A stretch of DNA of 64,000 nucleotides from positions 64,418,001 through 64,482,000 of the forward strand of contig OX597832.1 in NCBI GenBank assembly GCA_951406725.2, in the 5' to 3' direction. Positions 15,513 to 29,668 of this stretch are shown here, one piece after another. Positions within the stretch are counted from its first letter, which is position 1. Each line of letters opens with the position of its first letter. The position numbers and the translations under genes were made by a program. Under the pieces are notes generated by a model. The model saw only the letters and a program-made list of their open reading frames with translations, was not told the origin of the DNA and did no database searches. This DNA is from Octopus vulgaris. Taxonomy: Eukaryota.

Positions 15513-15847
15513 TTGTTGGCATCCACTTGTCTCGGGAGACAATGGAGTTGCGCATAAACTAATCCAGTCTGGTTTTTGCATTCCATGTCCTCTCCAGTTT
15601 CCTCCCCAGTTTTGGGCAGGCCTGGGCTAGATGTAAGAAAATCCTGGGTAGCTCAAACGTCAGGATTCTTCTCTCGACCTTGCTGACGTAGTCCAAAGGA
15701 GTGCAGAGCATTACGTTTGGCACCAGCTTGGTTGCAGAAGCTGCCAGAAGAGTGTCAATTCGAACACTAAACCGGTTTCAGGGCTCCACTCTGGATTTTT
15801 TTGAAGGTTGTCTCCTTTCTGTAACCCTGGATAGGGGCCACACCGGA

Positions 15848-15850
<3 letters not shown>
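15513..15850 (-). mobile_element. Non-autonomous RTE-derived (bipartite-like) element
   Basis: Minus-strand end tccattgtctcccgagacaagtggatgccaacaac resembles RTE/BovB 3' termini, and the rest resembles an RTE 5'UTR (both from recall). No ORF. Inserted in (TA)n. Confidence 0.45.
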
Positions 15851-15946
<96 letters not shown>

Positions 15947-16036
15947 CACACACACACATATATATACATATATTTACATATATATAAGTATATAATATAT
16001 ATATTTACACACACACACACATGATCACACATATAC

Positions 16037-16098
<62 letters not shown>

Positions 16099-16912
16099 CT
16101 CTTTCTCCCTATTTGTAAATAATTTGGTAGATAATAAATGTGCGTATATATATATATTTATATTTTTATATATGTTTATATATGTTCGTAGGTATATATA
16201 CATACGCACACATATGCGTATGTATATATATTTATATGTAATTTTTACGCACACACACATATACACACATACACATGTTTACAATATAAATTTCCTTATC
16301 TAAGTTTTGCATTAACATGGTTGTGTTAGAAATTTCTCTGTAAAATTTCCTTTTGATGCTATCACCTTTTGCCTTCCCTGATGTTCATCTGCAGCAATAA
16401 AGTCCACAAATCCTGTCACATGTCATATCTAATATGGCTTATTGAAAATCTAGGCGCAGTAAACTCCAATTTTCCTTTCGATAATTCAGTAGAAAAACAC
16501 GCCAAGACAATCCTGCGGAGGCCTAGAAAGCAAGATGAGGTATTTGCCAAATTTAATCCCCCGAACAAACACTAAGTAACTAATACGAAAAGACGAAAAC
16601 ACACGTTTGTCAGAATATCAGATTGACAATTGAATATTCGGCGATAATGAAATAGAATTAATTGAACATATAAATACAATGACTTCATAATACACTGTAT
16701 TCACCGCTAAAGATAGCACGCAGCTGCATGAAACCTATAATAGAGCCTTATCCCTGTTTTATGAAGTAACATTATTATGGAGGTTACCTCTGTCTTTCAT
16801 CTACCTGGATTCAATAAAATAAAATATTAATCAAGCATGAGGTTCAACGGTGCCAATTGTTCCCTTCTCAAAATTTCCGGCCCTGGGTTAGAAATTTTTA
16901 GTATTATTACAA

Positions 16913-17440
16913 TTGAGTGACAGAGGAAATCATGGCCATGAAAGTGACATTGGGATATAAACATATGAAGCCCAGTATACCCGCAATAACTACCCGACTG
17001 ATAAGGGTACTCTAGGCACATGCATCACAACCATTTGTGTGACACGGCGATCTCTTTTCAAAATATACAGCGCATGACCTTGCAGGTGGAGCCCAGTTAG
17101 AATTTTCTTCAGATCGAGTAGCCCGTCCTGCTCAAAAGGTCCCTGAATAAAGTTAGTTTACGGATAATGATCGAAACACCCTAATTTCCAGAGGTGATTT
17201 ATTAAAACACCAAAGAATTCCTCTCAACACATAGCTATGATGCTCCCCCATCACACTTGCCCGTGATCAGAAATACATATAGTTCCAACCGTCAAGGGGC
17301 ATAACTCAATTGATGAAGGTCAAGCAACCGACGAGTAATTATGTGGTATTAAGCAGAATATTTGCCGTAGCCCATCTTTTATACAAAATGTGTACATGAT
17401 AGGACTTCCAATCAGTTATGATCAGAAGTAGTGCATCAGG
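16913..17440 (-). mobile_element. Retroposon 3'-end family F, older copy
   Basis: Colinear diverged copy of 18348-18820. Confidence 0.8.
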
Positions 17441-17471
17441 GTATATTTTGATAATAATAATAATTATTATT

Positions 17472-18290
17472 AAGGCAGCGAGTTGGAAGAAACGTTAGCA
17501 CACCGGGCGAAATGCTCAACAGCATTTCGTCTGTCTTCTTGTTCTGAGTTCAAATGCGATCTGAGTCGACTTTGCCTGTCATCCTCCCGGGCTTGATAAA
17601 ATAAAAAAACCATTTGAGCACTGGGGTCGATATACTCGACTTACATCCTCCTCCTAAATTTCAGGCCTTGTGCCTTTATTAGAAAGGATTATTATTATTA
17701 TTATTTTTGAAAAAATTATTATTATTATTATTATTATGAAGACAGCGTGCTGGCAGAATCGTTAGCACGTCGGGCAAAGTCTTAAGCGATATTTCGCCAG
17801 TCTTAACGTTTTGCGTGCAAATTTCTCCGAGGTCGACTTTGCCTTTAATCCTTTCGGGGTGGATAATAAGTACCAGATGAGCACGGTTCAGGGTGGATAT
17901 CGACGTAATCGACTAAACCACTCCCACAAACCTTCAGGCCTTGTGCCTATAGTAGTTAGTAATATTAATATGGCGGTTTGTTAGCAGAATTTCCTGGCGC
18001 CAGACAAAATGCGTAGCGACATTTCTTCGTTTTTTTGGTTTTTTTTTAACTTTTTGCTGTGTAAAAATTCTGCCGTGGTTGACTTAGGCTTTCATCGTTT
18101 CGGGGTCAATAAAATATAGTACCAGTCATGTTACTGAGGTCGATGTAATTATCTCGACTCGTCTCACCTGAAAATTGCTGGCCTTGAGCCATAATTTGAA
18201 AGACTCATTAGCGGTGTTTCGCTACACTTTGTGTTCAAATTCCACTGAGGTCGACTTTGCTTTTTTTTGCCCATTGGCAAAATTTGAAAC
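17472..18290 (+). mobile_element. Head-to-tail cluster of four SINE family B copies
   Basis: Units at about 17472-17690, 17740-17960, 17970-18200 and 18210-18290. Most carry the ggc..gagctggcagaa..gttagcac head and the gactttgcctttcatcctttcggggtcgataaa core. Confidence 0.85.
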
Positions 18291-18301
18291 AGTTATTATT
18301 A

Positions 18302-18347
<46 letters not shown>

Positions 18348-18348
<1 letters not shown>

Positions 18349-18820
18349 GAGTGAGCGAGCAGAGCATGCCATCAAAGTGACACTGGGGTAAAATATACGA
18401 AGCCCAGTATACCCATCATGACTACCCGTCATGATAAGGGTACACCAGGCACATGCATCACAACCATATGTGCGCGACATGGTGATCTCATATCAAGATA
18501 AACAGCACATGACCTTGCAGGTGGAGCCCAGTTAGAATTTTCTTCAGATCGAGTAACCCATCCCGCTCAAAAGGTCCCTGAATAAGGGTTGTTTAAGGAC
18601 GTTGAACGAAAGACCCATGTTTCCAAAGGTGAATTATCCAAACCCCAAAGAATCCCTCTCAACACATGGCTATGATGCTCCCCCACTACTTCTGCTCGTG
18701 ATCAGAGATGCACATATCGTCAGCCACTAAGGGACATGCTCAACTGGTTAAGGTCAAACAACTGACAAGCAAATCTGTGGTATTGAGCAGAATATTTGCT
18801 GTAGCCCATCTTTTATACCA
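18348..18820 (-). mobile_element. Retroposon 3'-end family F inserted in (TTA)n
   Basis: Long (TTA)n on both flanks, and the minus strand ends ...ctcactcaataataat. A short deleted + copy lies at 48142-48210. Confidence 0.8.
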
Positions 18821-18844
18821 TTATTATTATTATTATTATTGGTA

Positions 18845-18879
<35 letters not shown>

Positions 18880-18895
18880 ATTATTATTATTATTA

Positions 18896-19110
18896 AGGTG
18901 GTGAGTGGGCACAATCGTTTGCACGGCGGGCGAAATGCTTAGCGATATTTCCTCTACCTCTACATTCTGAGTTCAAATTCTGCCGAAATCGACTTTGCCT
19001 TTCATCCTTTCGGGGTCGATAAATTAAGTACCAGTGAAACACTGGGGTCGATGTAATGGAATTATCACCTTTCGCAAAACTTCTGCCCTTGTGGTAAAAA
19101 TTTGAAAATA
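18896..19110 (+). mobile_element. SINE family B
   Basis: Same head and core as 26908 and 38380. Flanked by (TTA)n. Confidence 0.9.
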
Positions 19111-19610
19111 TTATTATTATTATTATTATTATTATTGTCATATATTCTTCGTGTTCTTATTATGAATCGGTGATTACTTTCCACACTATTCCATTTTCCG
19201 TGGTGCTGAACGCTTTGAGCTACGTTAACCCGAAAATGAAGTAGCTTTCTCATGGATATAGAAAATAGACGAGAAACGTTAATGAAAACGCCAGTATGGA
19301 ATTGAAGTGTAATACGAAATCAGTACACACTTCTTCTTCTTCCATTCTTCCATTCTCTCCCTTGAGCGCATGCGTGCGTCAGTGGGATTATGCGGAGAAA
19401 TACATATATACATATGTATATGTGTATATATACATACACATACTGTGTATCTATATTGATAAATGTTTATGCAATAATCACACACACACACACACATCAC
19501 TGTGTGTGTTTTCTCCTTTCTGTATGTATTAGTAATTGTACTCACACAATTGTACGCACCACAACCACTGAAGTAGAATATCATGGCCGTAATCGAAAAA
19601 AATTGTTGGC

Positions 19611-19659
<49 letters not shown>

Positions 19660-19724
19660 TCCATCCTGTGTCTCTCTGATGGTAAATGTAGGCATACCTA
19701 GCAAAGTTCTATTTATCTATCTTC

Positions 19725-19818
<94 letters not shown>

Positions 19819-19825
19819 ATCTATT
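19725..19825. repeat. (TATC)n tetranucleotide microsatellite
   Basis: Directly visible. Others at 9744-9800 and 24834-24924. Confidence 0.97.
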
Positions 19826-20261
19826 TAACTCCTATTCTCTATATCTGAACGATTGTCAATCGATCTTTCAATTTATCCATGTGCCTCTCTATCTGTCTAT
19901 CTATCGATCTGTCTGCCTTTCTATTTATTTTGTATCTATTTACCTATTTCTCTATTACATTCGTATCTATCTAACCACACATACACACACATTTTTTGTG
20001 GTTTTTTTGTCTCTAGATCTATCTATCTATTTTTATCTGTCTGTCTGTCGATGTATCGATCTATCGACCGACCTAACTTCGCAAACATTCCTTAACAATT
20101 GATACAGAGCGAGTCAAGTTGAGGGAGATCTTAAGTGAAAAAGAAGCATAAGAAATAATAACTAAACAAACGTGACAGCAGGAACAAACACTCAACGCAA
20201 ATGCACACATATTGCACACGCACACACACACATACACATAAGCGTGCGCGGGGGGGATGTT

Positions 20262-20600
20262 TGTGTGGTTAACAATTTCACATTTTACCCGCTTGGTCTC
20301 GGGTTCCAGTGCGCGGCACACTGGACAAATGTTTTCCAATGTCTCTAGCCGATTTGTGAATGAACTTGGGAGGTGGAAACTGTATGAAAGCCCATGATGT
20401 GTGTGTAAGCTTGTTTTTCCGTTTGTGCCCCACACCATCAAAGCCGGTATTCTTTTGTTTACATTCTTCATCTCTTGTCGGTTCGCTAAGAAGACGCAGG
20501 TGGGATAATAACTTCAAATATATACTGAGGTCGATTTGTTCGAACAAAACATTTCAAGGCGGTGCCCCAGCATGGCCGCAGTGCAATGACAGGAATTATT
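20262..20600 (+). mobile_element. SINE family A, old diverged copy
   Basis: Ends ggtcgatttgttcgaac...aggcggtgccccagcatggccgcagt. Confidence 0.7.
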
Positions 20601-20721
20601 AAAGGAGATTTTATACATCAAGACACGCTCACGGAGGTCATGTGAAATAATAAAGACACACACTCCCAACACAAACTTACATTGCGTCCTTGTATATTTC
20701 GATACCGAAATATATAGAAAA

Positions 20722-20784
<63 letters not shown>

Positions 20785-22247
20785 TAAATATGTATATGCA
20801 TATACATATGAGTACTTTATATGTTTGTATATACTAAAGACATACAAACATATATAAATATTTTAAAACTAAAGTAATAGATGATAGCGTGTACAAATAT
20901 GCAATATTTGTTTATTTACACACATGTATATATACACGTATACCCGTGCATATCTACATAAATTCTTGTATACGTACACGCGTATGTATTCTTATATACG
21001 TACACGCCTATATACAAATACATATACATAAATGCGAATATATCCCTCACCTAATCACATATAAACCACTGTGCATTTGCAAGCGAGGCCGATGGGTTCG
21101 CATAAAGGCAATGTAAGAATACTTTATTTATTTATTTCGCCTGTTCAGCCAGTCGCTGATCGATAGGCATTTCGTTTTGGTTAGCTTTTCTTTGCTTGTG
21201 GTCAGATGTTATTATATTGTCCAGCTACTTCAAGCTTTGATTGCTGTCTAAATAACGTACTTCAGAAAACTCCCTCTTCCCCGTCCCCGTATATAGCCCA
21301 CCCCACCCTTCACAGTAGGACTGCTGAGCTATTCAATTCCAAAGACGGCCTGCCCCTTCGCCCCTCCCCTTATCCCTCATGCCGATCCAACCAACTCCTT
21401 ATTCTGAAATCAATACGAAAAGGAAGAAAAGCATCTTCCATAGTAATTTCCAAGCTGTTTCATCAAAACTAAGAAAAATTCTCATTCTTATTGCTGCATT
21501 CTCATTCCCAAGGCAGGATTTTACAACATGGTAAATTGGTGCCTTGCAGGAACAAGAAGAAAATAAAGAAAGAGGTAGGAGGAGGGCGAGGAGGTGGGGA
21601 GAAAGGTAACGAAAAGAAATAAATGAGAAAGAAGAGGAGAAAAACAAGGATGGAAAGAAAAAGTAACGTAAAAGACTTTAACTAACTAACCATTGGGTTT
21701 TTATCCCCATTTACAAGGATTGTACGATCGATTTTAAAGGGACATATTTCCTCAATTGATGCTGATATATAGTTCTGTCCAATTATCTCGCGAGGCATCG
21801 TTCACGATCGCTTTTGAGAGACCAGTTAAAGAAATAATAATGTATTGGTTTCTGCAAGACAACGGGGGTAGGGTTGTTGAGTTTATTGTCGATTCCATGA
21901 AGAAAATATAAATTTCTTATTTATATTTCCCATTCTTCTTTATAATGAATCACCCAAAGGAATTTATTCACTGTTTAGAGTTTAAATATTTGATCTAAAA
22001 CTTTGCTGTTTATTATTTGTGTTATTCGTTTGTTGTCGGTTGCTATTCTTTTCGATGGTAGCGTGGGAGGGGCATGGATGGGTTTCTAGTGTGAATGCTT
22101 TTGTTATATTTCGCTCGTTCTCCCTGTCAGTATCTGTCTCATTCTTTCTCCATCTTCGGTCTATATATGCTTACACGGGTGAAAATTATTTTGGTGTATT
22201 TGTATATGGGTGTAAGTGCGTGTGACTGTGCATACACTTCATGCAAG

Positions 22248-22311
<64 letters not shown>

Positions 22312-22362
22312 GTACATATGTCAATATATCAATATCAATCTATTATATATACATACATGCAT

Positions 22363-22393
<31 letters not shown>

Positions 22394-22480
22394 CATATTT
22401 ATATATATACAAAAGTATCACACATACACACATACATATATGTTTATCGACACGCTAATACATGGACATAGATTCATATG

Positions 22481-22511
<31 letters not shown>

Positions 22512-22532
22512 TATATATACATACATATATGC

Positions 22533-22587
<55 letters not shown>

Positions 22588-22728
22588 CGTACATCAATAT
22601 ACATGCATATATATACATATATAAACATATATAAACATGCATATATATGCATATATATAAATATATATCCACATATATATACATTCATACATTTATGCAT
22701 TTATATATATATATATATATATATATAC

Positions 22729-22789
<61 letters not shown>

Positions 22790-23184
22790 ATATGTGTGCA
22801 TATACGTTTGTACATGTATATATGTTTACACACACGTATACACACACATAGCCTCACACATATTTACACATGTACATCACTTTAAAAATAAAACCCAGAA
22901 ATGAACATTAGTAAGATTTACAAGGATTGTTAAACACTACAATATCGTATATCTCAACAAAATATAGAATCGTAGAACAAGAAGCAACTTCAGGAACTGC
23001 ATTTGCTTAGAACTGGAGTAAAAGAAACAACCAAAGTGGATAAGTTACTCTTAATCCTTAACTCAGCCACTGAGGATATTTTTATCTTAGCAACAGCTAA
23101 TCTGACAATCCTTGCGCAATGTCCGCAACTACATCAACTTATTAATATGGAATCCGTAAAACAAAGTAAAAAGAAAATAGCCAC

Positions 23185-23720
23185 GCACACATACATACAT
23201 GCATGCATGCATACATACATGCATGCATGTATACATACATATATACATACGTACGCACTTACGACTGTGCGTATAAACATACATATGTACTTACGAGCAT
23301 GCATACATGCATGCATATATACATATATACATACGTACGTACTTACGGGCGTGCATACATACACACGTACATACATTCGTGCATACATATGTAAGAGAGT
23401 GCATATATACATACATACCTAAGAGCGTGCGTACATACATACATACACATACACACATACATACATACATACATACATACATACATACATACATACATAC
23501 ATACATACATACACACACATACCTACATACGAACATAAGAACGTGCGTACATACACACACACATACACATACATACGTACATGCACAGATAAGAACGTGC
23601 ATACATGTATACATACACATACATGCACACACACACACATACTTACATACGTACATAAGAGCGTGCGTACATACATACATACATTTATGCACACACATAC
23701 ATAAATATGTACATGCGTCC
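23185..23720. repeat. (TACA)n array with higher-order minisatellite units
   Basis: Recurring aaga(g/a)cgtgcgtacatac at about 23421, 23537, 23591 and 23657, and cgta/cttacg units at 23250-23350. Confidence 0.85.
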
Positions 23721-23803
23721 ATAGATTATAACTTACATAAATACACAGGTTGTTAGATAATGGCTGTCATATTGATAGGGACACGTTCATACATTAAAAC
23801 GTA

Positions 23804-23852
<49 letters not shown>

Positions 23853-23996
23853 TCACCTGCTTATAAGATCAAATATCCTCATAGACTTTCCAAATTCATC
23901 ACACGAGAACTTTAACGACATTTATAGGTTCAGCGTTAGATTTAATTAATAATGTCGGCAAAATAATGAGGTCACTTTCAGTATTTGAAAGACAGA

Positions 23997-23997
<1 letters not shown>

Positions 23998-24076
<79 letters not shown>

Positions 24077-24092
24077 GAGACTGAGAGAGATT

Positions 24093-24149
<57 letters not shown>
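23998..24149. repeat. (GA)n microsatellite
   Basis: Directly visible. Confidence 0.97.
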
Positions 24150-24152
<3 letters not shown>

Positions 24153-24832
24153 TAATGAGGTGGGCGGTTGTGGGTTCTCCACTATCATATGCACTATAAG
24201 TCACCATTATCATGACCAGCAACTTATGCCGTAATCAACACCATAACCAACACGACCATCATCATAGCCAATTGCCCCAATCATCATCATCGCCGTCGTG
24301 TTGGCCGTCAACGTGATCAACATCATCTCGCTGGTCGTTGAGATTGTTCTCGCGTTTGATATCGTTGTCATAACATTCATCTCAAATACGAAAGGAGAGA
24401 GGGGGAGAGGGAGAGGGAGGTGGGGAGAGAGAGAGAGAGAGAGAGAGAGATCGAGATCACGTCATTACAGAAAACCGGGTAACCACATGTATGCGCTTCC
24501 ATAAACGTGTACATACAAAAAGGCACTGACACACGCGCTCATAGGGATGGAGAGAGAAGGAGAGAAAGAGTTTCTTTGGAAGGTATTTTTGTTCTATCTT
24601 GCAATAGAATCTTGATATTCTATTTTCTTGTTTCTATTCTTCCTTTTCGTCAACCTCCTCTTTTGCATGTATGTCTTACCCTCTCTTCACCATCACCATT
24701 TCCACAGCCTTCTTCTTCTTCCCCCTCCTCTAACTCCTCCGCATGTTTTTCTTCCCCCTTCCCCTCCTCCTCTTTGTATTTGGTTCCCTGCATTTCTAAT
24801 TATCTTTTTCTCATCAATGTGTCTACACAAGT

Positions 24833-24904
<72 letters not shown>

Positions 24905-24944
24905 ATATCTATCTATCTATCTATGAATATAGTATTTTATTATC

Positions 24945-25265
24945 TTATTATTTTACTTGTTTCAGTCATTTGAGAGCGTTCATGCTGGAGCACCGCCTTT
25001 AGAGTCGAGCAAATCGAACCCCGGAATTATTCTTTCTAAGCCTAGTACCGCGATGTTGTGGGGTGGGGACAAACACAAACTCACTACACACATAAATATA
25101 TATATATACGACGGGCTTCTTTCATTTTCGTCTACCAAATCCACTCACAAGGCTTTGGTCGGCCCGAGACTATAGTAGAAAACACTTGTCCAAGGTGCCA
25201 TGCAGTGGGACTGAACCCGGTAGCATGTAGATGGTAAACAAGCTACTTACCTTACAGCCACTCCT
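24945..25265 (-). mobile_element. SINE family A, internally deleted
   Basis: Reverse complement of 27967-28365, including the head (...agctacttaccttacagccactcc). Confidence 0.9.
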
Positions 25266-25459
25266 ACATTCATATTTACATTTATATTATTTATGCCTAC
25301 ATATATATGCATAAACACACATGTGTATATATATCTATATATATATGAGCATACATATCTATACATATAATTTAAATTTACACATATACCTATTTATGTA
25401 TATAATGTATTTAGGTATATAATTTACATCTATATGCATTATATATATATGTATATATG

Positions 25460-25573
<114 letters not shown>

Positions 25574-25583
25574 TACATATATA

Positions 25584-25693
<110 letters not shown>

Positions 25694-26707
25694 CTGCATA
25701 TGCCTAACTATATATATATGTGTGTGATCTTTCAATTATGCATGGAGGTACCGTTATCGCTCTCTTGTTTTCTTTCACTCTCTCTATCTGTGTGTGTGTG
25801 TGTGTGTGTGTGTGTATTCGAGTGTCCTTTATCATTCTTCATCTAATCTTTCAGTCTCCTCTTCCACCTCATCATCCCTCTCCCTCCCTTCAACATTATC
25901 CTCCTGCATTATACGCTGCATTCGATGAGATATATACGTTCATGTCGTAACTGGATCAGCTCCAACCCCACCACACACACACGTGGCAGGTATCGAATAT
26001 CAAATATGAAATATCAAATATTTGCTGTGGTAAATGAGACAGAATGAGAGGAAGAGAGAGAGAGAGAGAGAGGGGGGGGAGAGAGAGGGGGGAGAGCGAG
26101 TGCAGAGGGTAGCGGGGTGAGTGAGTGGTGCAAAATTGCAACATAACCGGGGTGCACCGGTGCACTGTAGTATTGGCGCTAGTAGAGAAGGGTGGCGGTG
26201 TAGAGGCTGTGGAGCATAACGTTGTCGTCTGTGATATATTTAGCAGCGTTAGCTACAGTAGTAGTAGTGGTGGCGGTGATAGTAGTGGTGGTTATAAGAG
26301 TAGTTGTTTTGGTTGTAGTGGTAGCAGCTGTTTTGAAGTGGTTGTCTTAGTGATGGTAGCAATAGTAGTGCTAGTTGTAGCAGTAGTAATAGTATAATCG
26401 TTAGTGGTTCTAGTATTAAGAGTAGTAGTAGTAGTAGTAGCAGCAATACAAGCAGTAGTAGTAGTAGTAGTAGCTGCATTGGTGATGGTGGTAGTGGTGG
26501 TGAAGCTTGTCGTTGTTATCGTCACCATCGGAGTAGTTGTAGTAGTAGTAGGATGGGGAGAGGGAGGAGGACCAATAGTATTAAAAAGGAACGTGGTGTC
26601 TGGAGTGAAAGAGTGGACAGTGGTAAATACGCAAATAAAAAACAAAAAATATGTGGTGTTATCCTTCCTTAAGGTGATAGGCATTTATGCCCCAGTTCAA
26701 ATCTGAC

Positions 26708-26709
26708 CA

Positions 26710-26753
<44 letters not shown>

Positions 26754-26841
26754 GACGACGACGACGACGACGACGACGAAGATGACGACCACGACGACGA
26801 CGATCTCTAGCACCAGCACCACACTGTTGTTGTTGTTGTTG

Positions 26842-26906
<65 letters not shown>
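26708..26906. repeat. Compound trinucleotide tract (TAC)n-(GAC)n-(GTT)n-(TTA)n
   Basis: Directly visible. Confidence 0.95.
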
Positions 26907-26907
<1 letters not shown>

Positions 26908-27225
26908 GAACTGGCAGAATCGTTAGCACGCTGGACGAAATGCTTAGTGGTATTTCGTCTGCCGTTACGTTCTGAGTTCAAATTCCATCGAGGTCGAATT
27001 TGCCTTTCATCCTTTAGGGGTCGATAGATTAAGTACCAGTTACGCACTGGGGTCGATGTAATCGACTTAATCCGTTTGTCTGTCCTTGTTTGTCCTCTCT
27101 GTGTTTAGCCCTTTGTGGGTAGTAAAGAAATGGGTATTTCGTCCGTCGATACGTTCTGAGTGCAGATTTTGCCGAGGTCAACTTCGCCTTTCATCCTTTC
27201 GGAGTCGATAAATTAAGTATCAGTG
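26908..27225 (+). mobile_element. SINE family B, dimeric
   Basis: The core is repeated at about 26950-27035 and 27132-27220, with the same linker (aatcc.tttgtctgtccttgtttgtcc) as 38380-38810. Confidence 0.9.
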
Positions 27226-27259
27226 AAACACATTTTGAAAACACATTTTGCGCCAAGAA

Positions 27260-27525
27260 AGTTCCTGTTCGAGGCAAGATTGTTTGTGGAAAACCCGCAG
27301 TTGTTCATGAATACCAGGGTCCCCTCTCCACGTCACTGATGTTAACCAAGGGAAAGACAAAGACCGATAGGGCTTTGCACCAGTGACGCCGCAACACACT
27401 TTCATAGCTGAGGGAAGGCGCATGGCTCAGTTGTTAAAGTGTCGAGCTCACAATCATGAGTTAGTGAGATCGATTCCCGGACCGGGCTGTGTGTTGTGTT
27501 CTTGAGCGTGACACTATATTTCACA
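27260..27525. mobile_element. Family C-like SINE with its head inverted relative to its tail
   Basis: The head gaaggcgcatggctcag...tttcac is on + (27412-27525), directly abutting a minus-strand body/tail beginning ctcagct (27411 down to 27260). Confidence 0.5.
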
Positions 27526-27966
27526 TTTTTGTTACAACAATTTCTGCTACTGCAGCTACAAGTACCACTACAACTACAAATACTACTACTACTACTACTA
27601 CTACTACTACGATGACGACGACGACGACCACCACCACTTTTAGTACTACTATTAAAACTGTCACCATGGTTACTAACCATACTAGTGCTATTAATACTGT
27701 TGCTGCCACCAACACGAATATTAGTATTACCAATATGACTACAACTAATACTATTTATACTACCTCTACAACCACAAATTCTATCAATACTACTACTACT
27801 ACTACTACTATTACTATTACTACAACTACTACTACCACTACTACTAGCACCACCATCACCACCAGCACTATTATCAAAATTAATGCAGTCGTAACTACAA
27901 CATCGAATTATTGGGACGAAGGAAATGCCTTTTTCATTTTACACAAAATGAGAAGTATATTTTCAG

Positions 27967-28365
27967 AGGGAGTGGCTGTGTGGTAAGTAGCTTGCTAACC
28001 AACCACATAGTTCCGGGTTCAGTCCCACTGCGTGGCATCTTGGGCAAATGTCTTCTGCTATAGCCCCGGGCCGACCAATGCCTTGTGAGTGGATATGGTA
28101 GACGGAAACTGAAAGAAGCCTGTCGTATATATGTATATATATATATGTGTATGTGTGTGTGTTTGTCCCACTAGCATTGCTTGACAACCGATGCTGGTGT
28201 GTTTACGTCCCCGTCACTTAGCGGTTCGGCAAAAGAGACCGATAGAATAAGTACTGGGTTTACAAAGAATAAGTCCCGGGGTCGATTTGCTCGACTAAAG
28301 GCGGTGCTCCAGCATGGGCACAGTCAAATGACTGAAACAAGTAAAAGAGTAAAAGAGTAAGAGTA
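27967..28365 (+). mobile_element. Full-length tRNA-derived SINE family A
   Basis: A-box tggctgtgtgg (27973), B-box gttcagtcc (28017), an internal (TA)/(TG) tract and a (gtaaaaga)n tail. At least 10 related copies occur in the window. Confidence 0.92.
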
Positions 28366-28678
28366 GGGGACGATGGTTGCGAATGATCTCTAGCAGATCG
28401 GACAATCACCTCCAAAGTCTGCAAGCTGGTTTCGATTCATTTGGGGCAACGTATTTCAGGGGTTAAATTGAACTCTTACAATTTGAAACACTAGAAATGA
28501 CTTTTATATTTGGTGGCGTAGAACGATGCTTCGGTGCTGGCGGTGATGACGCTCATTTCTGACTAGAGTTGGTGAGGTGTTATTATCGAGAGGTATTATT
28601 ATTACTCGTTGCTATTAAGCGCTTGTGCTGATACTACTAAAACCTAACAGACATCTACATACACACACGTTTTCCACA

Positions 28679-28746
<68 letters not shown>

Positions 28747-28777
28747 CACACACGTATATATATATATATTTAAATAT

Positions 28778-28808
<31 letters not shown>

Positions 28809-28923
28809 TATCTATATACATATATATATACATATATATATACCTAAATATATATATATACATATATATATATACCTATATATATATACACACACATATA
28901 TATACTTATATATAAACACACAA

Positions 28924-28954
<31 letters not shown>

Positions 28955-29064
28955 TATATATATACATGTATACATACACACACATATTTATATGTATACA
29001 GAAGACATGCTTACGCACACGCAGATATTCAATTTATACGTGTTCATATGTAAATCTGTACATG

Positions 29065-29104
<40 letters not shown>

Positions 29105-29449
29105 CATGAACTGATAATTGGCACTTGTCATAGCCTATCTTGTTTCCTTGATTTGATTAATTGTTACAAGACATCTACTGATTTGATCAGTAGATTTGGT
29201 TATAGAGACATAGAGATCGATACTAATATATCACACGTCATTTACAAATTTTGTTTCCACCAGCCAACGAGAGTAGCATCTCTGTAGTGGCTTGACCTCC
29301 AGGATATAATGGCCAACCGTCTTTCGGTTTCAATACCCTGCGTGGCAAGTGTGTAGTACTCTAGCCTCAGCTCGACCAAAGACTCGTGAGTGGATTTGCC
29401 AAACGTGAGTGTGTGTGTGTGTGTGTGTGTGTACATATATGGTTCAAAC

Positions 29450-29612
29450 TTACAGAAAAGAAAAGACGAAGGAAGGTGTAGGAGCAACTAGCAGGCGTAT
29501 TCGATTGACGCTCGGGAAAAATGGAAATGCCTTTTACGTTTCAAGCCTATGGTCTTCGACAGCAAGGATTAAAAGCGGAAAATGGAGGCAGAATGAAGAA
29601 AACGGAAAGACA
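29450..29612 (-). mobile_element. PLE pLTR-like fragment, same family as 3650-3785
   Basis: Shared gtatt.g.ttgacgctcg.gaaaaatg.aaa..cttttacgtttc.agccta..tcttc.acag. Confidence 0.55.
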
Positions 29613-29615
29613 AAA

Positions 29616-29655
<40 letters not shown>

Positions 29656-29668
29656 ATATTTATATATT

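Noticed and set aside
27967-28045. tRNA-like sequences with A and B boxes (also 10753, 27412)
   Set aside because: These are SINE heads that continue into SINE bodies. No complete cloverleaf was seen.
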